Origin: an uncultured bacterium
Lineage (GTDB): Bacteria > Chloroflexota > UBA5177 > JANWHV01
Assembly: GCA_963729625.1 (NCBI GenBank)
Contig: CAVSOU010000010.1
Span: 192,001 to 256,000 of the forward strand
Length of the DNA: 64,000 bases
Direction: 5' to 3'
Of the stretch, positions 60,976 to 64,000 are shown one piece after another; within the stretch, counting starts at the first letter, position 1; every line of letters begins with the position of its first letter. A program made the translations under genes and the position numbers. Below the pieces are notes generated by a model. That model ran no database searches. It was not told where the DNA came from and worked only from the letters and a program-made list of their open reading frames with translations.

Positions 60976-62604
60976 ATGAAGCTCATGACTCGCAGGAAGG
61001 TTGCCCGATCGCTGGCGGTAGCTGTGCTGCTCGGCGTGACAATTGTCGCGCCTGCAGCAGGCCGGCACGCGCTGGCGAGCGCACCACAAGCCAAGATCAC
61101 GACGCTCGTCGTGGGCTGGGACGTTTCGGACGGCAAGACACTGGATCCGAACCGGGAGTACGAGTTTACGGGTCAGACCACCGATCACCAGCTCTACGAC
61201 TCGCTGGTCACCCTGAAGGGTGGCGATGTGGCCAACATACAGCCTGACCTTGCCACGAGCTGGAAGGTCACGGGCGGCGGCACCGTGTTCACGTTTACGC
61301 TTCGGCAGGGGGTGAAATTCTCGAGCGGTAACCCGGTGACTGCAGACGACGTCGTCTTCTCGTACAAGCGATTGCAAAACCTGAAGGACAATCCGTCGAC
61401 GCTGATCGGCGGCATGAAAGATATCAAGGCGCTCAATCCTTCTACGGTCCAGATCACGCTGAGCGCTCCCGACGTGTCGTTCCTGGGCGCCATGGTAGGA
61501 CCGCAGTTCGCCGTACTTGATTCCAAGACGGTAATCGCGCACGGCGGTACGGACGCGGCGGATGCTGCCAAGACAGACACCGCGACGGCCTATCTCGATG
61601 CCAACTCGGCGGGAACCGGGCCCTACATCTTGAAGGAGTGGACCCGCAACACGCGCATCGTGCTGGACCGCAATCCCAGCTACTGGGGTCCGGCGCCATA
61701 CTTCCAGGAAGTGATTCTCAACGGCGTGAAGGACTCGCAGACTCAGATGCTGCAGCTGCAGAAGGGCGACGCGGACATGGCTTTTGCCCTGTCGTCCGAC
61801 CAGGTTGCGTCGCTGAAGTCTGCTCCAGGGGTAAAGGTCTCGGTCGGGGCAACTCTCGACTACATCTATCTGGCGATGAATATGTCCCCGGCGATCTCCA
61901 AGCCACAATCCAGCGCGCTCGTTCGCCAGGCGATCCGCTACGCGATCGACTACAACGGGATCATCAAAGACCTGCTGAACGGGACGGGGCAGCACATTGC
62001 CAGCGTGATCCCGATTGGCTACGTCGGCAACAGCGTGGCGCAGAATGCCGCGCAGCGTATCAACACGGATCCGGCCAAGGCCAAGGCTCTCCTGGCGCAG
62101 GCAGGTTATCCGAACGGATTCACTACGTCGATCACCTATCCATCTCCCCTGTCGTTCGACGGCGTCAACTTCGACGTGATGGCGCCAAAGGTCGCCAACG
62201 ACCTGAAGTCCGTCGGGATCACGGCGACGCTGAAGGCTGTACCGTATTCCACGTGGCTGGCGAACTACCGCGCGCGCAAGGAGCAGATCAGCCTGGGTCC
62301 GTGGGGCGCCGACTATCCAGATGCCTATGACAATCTCAGCTATTTTGGCCCGGGCGACAACGTGGGCCTGCGCGTGAACTACACAACTGACGGAAATCTG
62401 CCGGCCCTGATCGCGAAAGGCGATACGATTGCAGACAATGCCCAGCGCGGGGCGCTTTACAATCAGGTCCAGCAGCAGCTCTTGAAGACCGGCCCGTTCG
62501 TTACCCTTGTGGAGCCGTCGTTCCCGGTCGGCCTTCGTGCCAATATCAAGGGATTCGTCTACACGCCGATCTGGGATGTTTCATTCGCGGAGCTAAGTAA
62601 GTAG
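60976..62604 (+). CDS. Family 5 peptide ABC substrate-binding protein (DppA/DdpA-like)
   Basis: GGAGG RBS; TLDP, PDLATSW, LRQGVKFSSGNP.TADDV, GTGPY, VRQAIRYAID. Confidence 0.93.
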   Translation: MKLMTRRKVARSLAVAVLLGVTIVAPAAGRHALASAPQAKITTLVVGWDVSDGKTLDPNREYEFTGQTTDHQLYDSLVTLKGGDVANIQPDLATSWKVTGGGTVFTFTLRQGVKFSSGNPVTADDVVFSYKRLQNLKDNPSTLIGGMKDIKALNPSTVQITLSAPDVSFLGAMVGPQFAVLDSKTVIAHGGTDAADAAKTDTATAYLDANSAGTGPYILKEWTRNTRIVLDRNPSYWGPAPYFQEVILNGVKDSQTQMLQLQKGDADMAFALSSDQVASLKSAPGVKVSVGATLDYIYLAMNMSPAISKPQSSALVRQAIRYAIDYNGIIKDLLNGTGQHIASVIPIGYVGNSVAQNAAQRINTDPAKAKALLAQAGYPNGFTTSITYPSPLSFDGVNFDVMAPKVANDLKSVGITATLKAVPYSTWLANYRARKEQISLGPWGADYPDAYDNLSYFGPGDNVGLRVNYTTDGNLPALIAKGDTIADNAQRGALYNQVQQQLLKTGPFVTLVEPSFPVGLRANIKGFVYTPIWDVSFAELSK

Positions 62605-62683
62605 CTCGACACACTTGCCCGCAACCAATAGACAGGTTCTCGGCGCCCACGATCGCTTCCGGTTGAGAAGCCGTTGGCTGGAA

Positions 62684-62722
62684 GGGAGGTACGTGGCCGG
62701 CAATGCCGGCCACGTACCTCCC
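62684..62722. repeat. Perfect 18-bp inverted repeat between SBP and permease
   Basis: GGGAGGTACGTGGCCGGC-AAT-GCCGGCCACGTACCTCCC. Confidence 0.9.
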
Positions 62723-62861
62723 TGCTAACCGGTATGCTTGTCACCGGAAGTAACGGCTGCATGCCTTGCGCTCAGGGGTTGTTTACGCGTTCCATGGCAG
62801 GCGCTTACGATCGCGTCGACGGGACGCGAACAGACCCTTATCCGGGAGACCCTGCGTTTCG

Positions 62862-63881
62862 ATGAGTCTTGGATCCTTCATCCTTCGCCGCCTTCTGCTG
62901 ATCATCCCGGTGGTGGTCGGTATTACGGTGGTAACCTTTCTCGTTTCGCATTCCGTGCCTGCCGACCCAATCGCCGCCAACCTGGGGCAGCGCGCGCAGG
63001 ACGACCCTGCAATCATCCAGCAGTACCGTCACGAGTGGGGCCTGGACAAGTCGTTGCCCCAGCAATATGTCACGTACGTCTGGAACATAGCGCACGGCGA
63101 TATGGGAATATCGATTTCCACGCGGCGCCCGGTCGTCGAGGATTTAAAGCAATATTTCCCCGCCACGGTGGAGCTGTCTGTCGCGGCGCTCCTGTTTGCG
63201 ATGCTCGTCGGCATCCCGCTTGGCGTGGTCGCGTCCACCCATCGCGATCGGCCGGTCGACCATCTTGCCCGAGGGCTCTCGCTCGTCGGCGTGGCCACGC
63301 CGGTATTCTGGCTAGGACTGATGCTACTCGTCCTGTTCTACTCCAAGCTTGGCTGGGCGCCGGGTCCTGGTCAGCTTGATGCCGACTACAATCCACCGCC
63401 TGTCCACACTGGCATGATCATCGTCGATAGCATCCTGGCCGGCGATACCGATGACTTGCAGAACAGCCTCGAGCATCTGATCCTCCCGGCGCTCACGCTC
63501 GGTAGCTACACGATGGGCATTATCACGCGCATGATTCGCAGCAGTATGGTTGAGGCGCTCGCCCAGGACTACATTCGCACGGCCAAGGCAAAGGGCGTGG
63601 CGAGGCGGCGAATTGTCTACCGGCACGCGCTGCGAAACGCATTCATACCCACGCTGACCCTGGTAGGCTTGGCGTTCGGCAGCCTCCTGTCCGGCGCCGT
63701 TCTGACCGAAACCATCTTCTCCTGGCAAGGAATCGGTTCCTACGCCACGAAGACCGCTGCGCTGCTCGACTATCCGGCGATCATGGGCGTGGCTCTAGTG
63801 ACCGCGGTGATCTATGTGTTTGTCAACCTCTTGGTCGATATTCTGTACGGCGTGTTGAACCCACAGATTCGAGCGCGATGA
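62862..63881 (+). CDS. Peptide ABC permease (DppB-like)
   Basis: ILRRL, PADP, GLDK..QY, FPATVEL, DYIRTAKAKG, NPQIR. Confidence 0.94.
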   Translation: MSLGSFILRRLLLIIPVVVGITVVTFLVSHSVPADPIAANLGQRAQDDPAIIQQYRHEWGLDKSLPQQYVTYVWNIAHGDMGISISTRRPVVEDLKQYFPATVELSVAALLFAMLVGIPLGVVASTHRDRPVDHLARGLSLVGVATPVFWLGLMLLVLFYSKLGWAPGPGQLDADYNPPPVHTGMIIVDSILAGDTDDLQNSLEHLILPALTLGSYTMGIITRMIRSSMVEALAQDYIRTAKAKGVARRRIVYRHALRNAFIPTLTLVGLAFGSLLSGAVLTETIFSWQGIGSYATKTAALLDYPAIMGVALVTAVIYVFVNLLVDILYGVLNPQIRAR

Positions 63882-64000
63882 TGGCTGCGAACCAGATAGC
63901 GGGGCCGGCAACCGGCGATCCCCTGAGTGGGGAGATTGGTATCGGGCAGGTGAGCCGGCGAAGCAGGATGCGAGTCCTGTCTCGCAACCGGCTAGCCGTT
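63878..64000 (+). CDS. Probable DppC-like permease, N-terminus only (runs off the window)
   Basis: ATGA overlap with dppB; ...LSRNRLAV is the typical OppC/DppC N-terminal motif. Confidence 0.7.
   Translation, partial: MMAANQIAGPATGDPLSGEIGIGQVSRRSRMRVLSRNRLAV

Overview
GC-rich (roughly 65%) bacterial chromosome segment. A DUF2298/Chlor_Arch_YYY membrane protein, an HspR-HAIR chaperone operon and a Trp T-box suggest a Chloroflexota-like Terrabacterium (inference). Core content: dnaK-dnaJ-hspR with a HAIR-overlapped promoter, a histone-deacetylase-family enzyme, holA, accD/accA, rluA-lspA, homoserine dehydrogenase, a T-box-controlled trpEGDCFBA-aroC-trpS operon, and three tRNAs (Pro-TGG, Gly-TCC, Pro-GGG). 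Two accessory regions follow tRNAs. (1) After tRNA-Gly (about 10.2-16.4 kb): IS1634 and Tn3 transposase remnants, plus small unannotated Cys/His proteins, including a frameshifted twin H-x19-CxxC-x(17-22)-C protein behind tandem NrdR-like boxes and a GATA-like zinc finger. This is the best candidate for something undescribed. (2) After tRNA-Pro(GGG) (about 34.6-53 kb): an AbiEi/AbiEii type IV toxin-antitoxin pair with its operator, gene remnants, a peptide-uptake and catabolism cluster that may target hydroxyproline or modified-proline peptides, and a stretch of pseudogenes. The window ends with a LacI/GH4 sugar ABC locus and a dipeptidase plus Dpp-type ABC transporter. No CRISPR array or rRNA was seen. 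All family calls come from motif recognition by eye; no searches were run.
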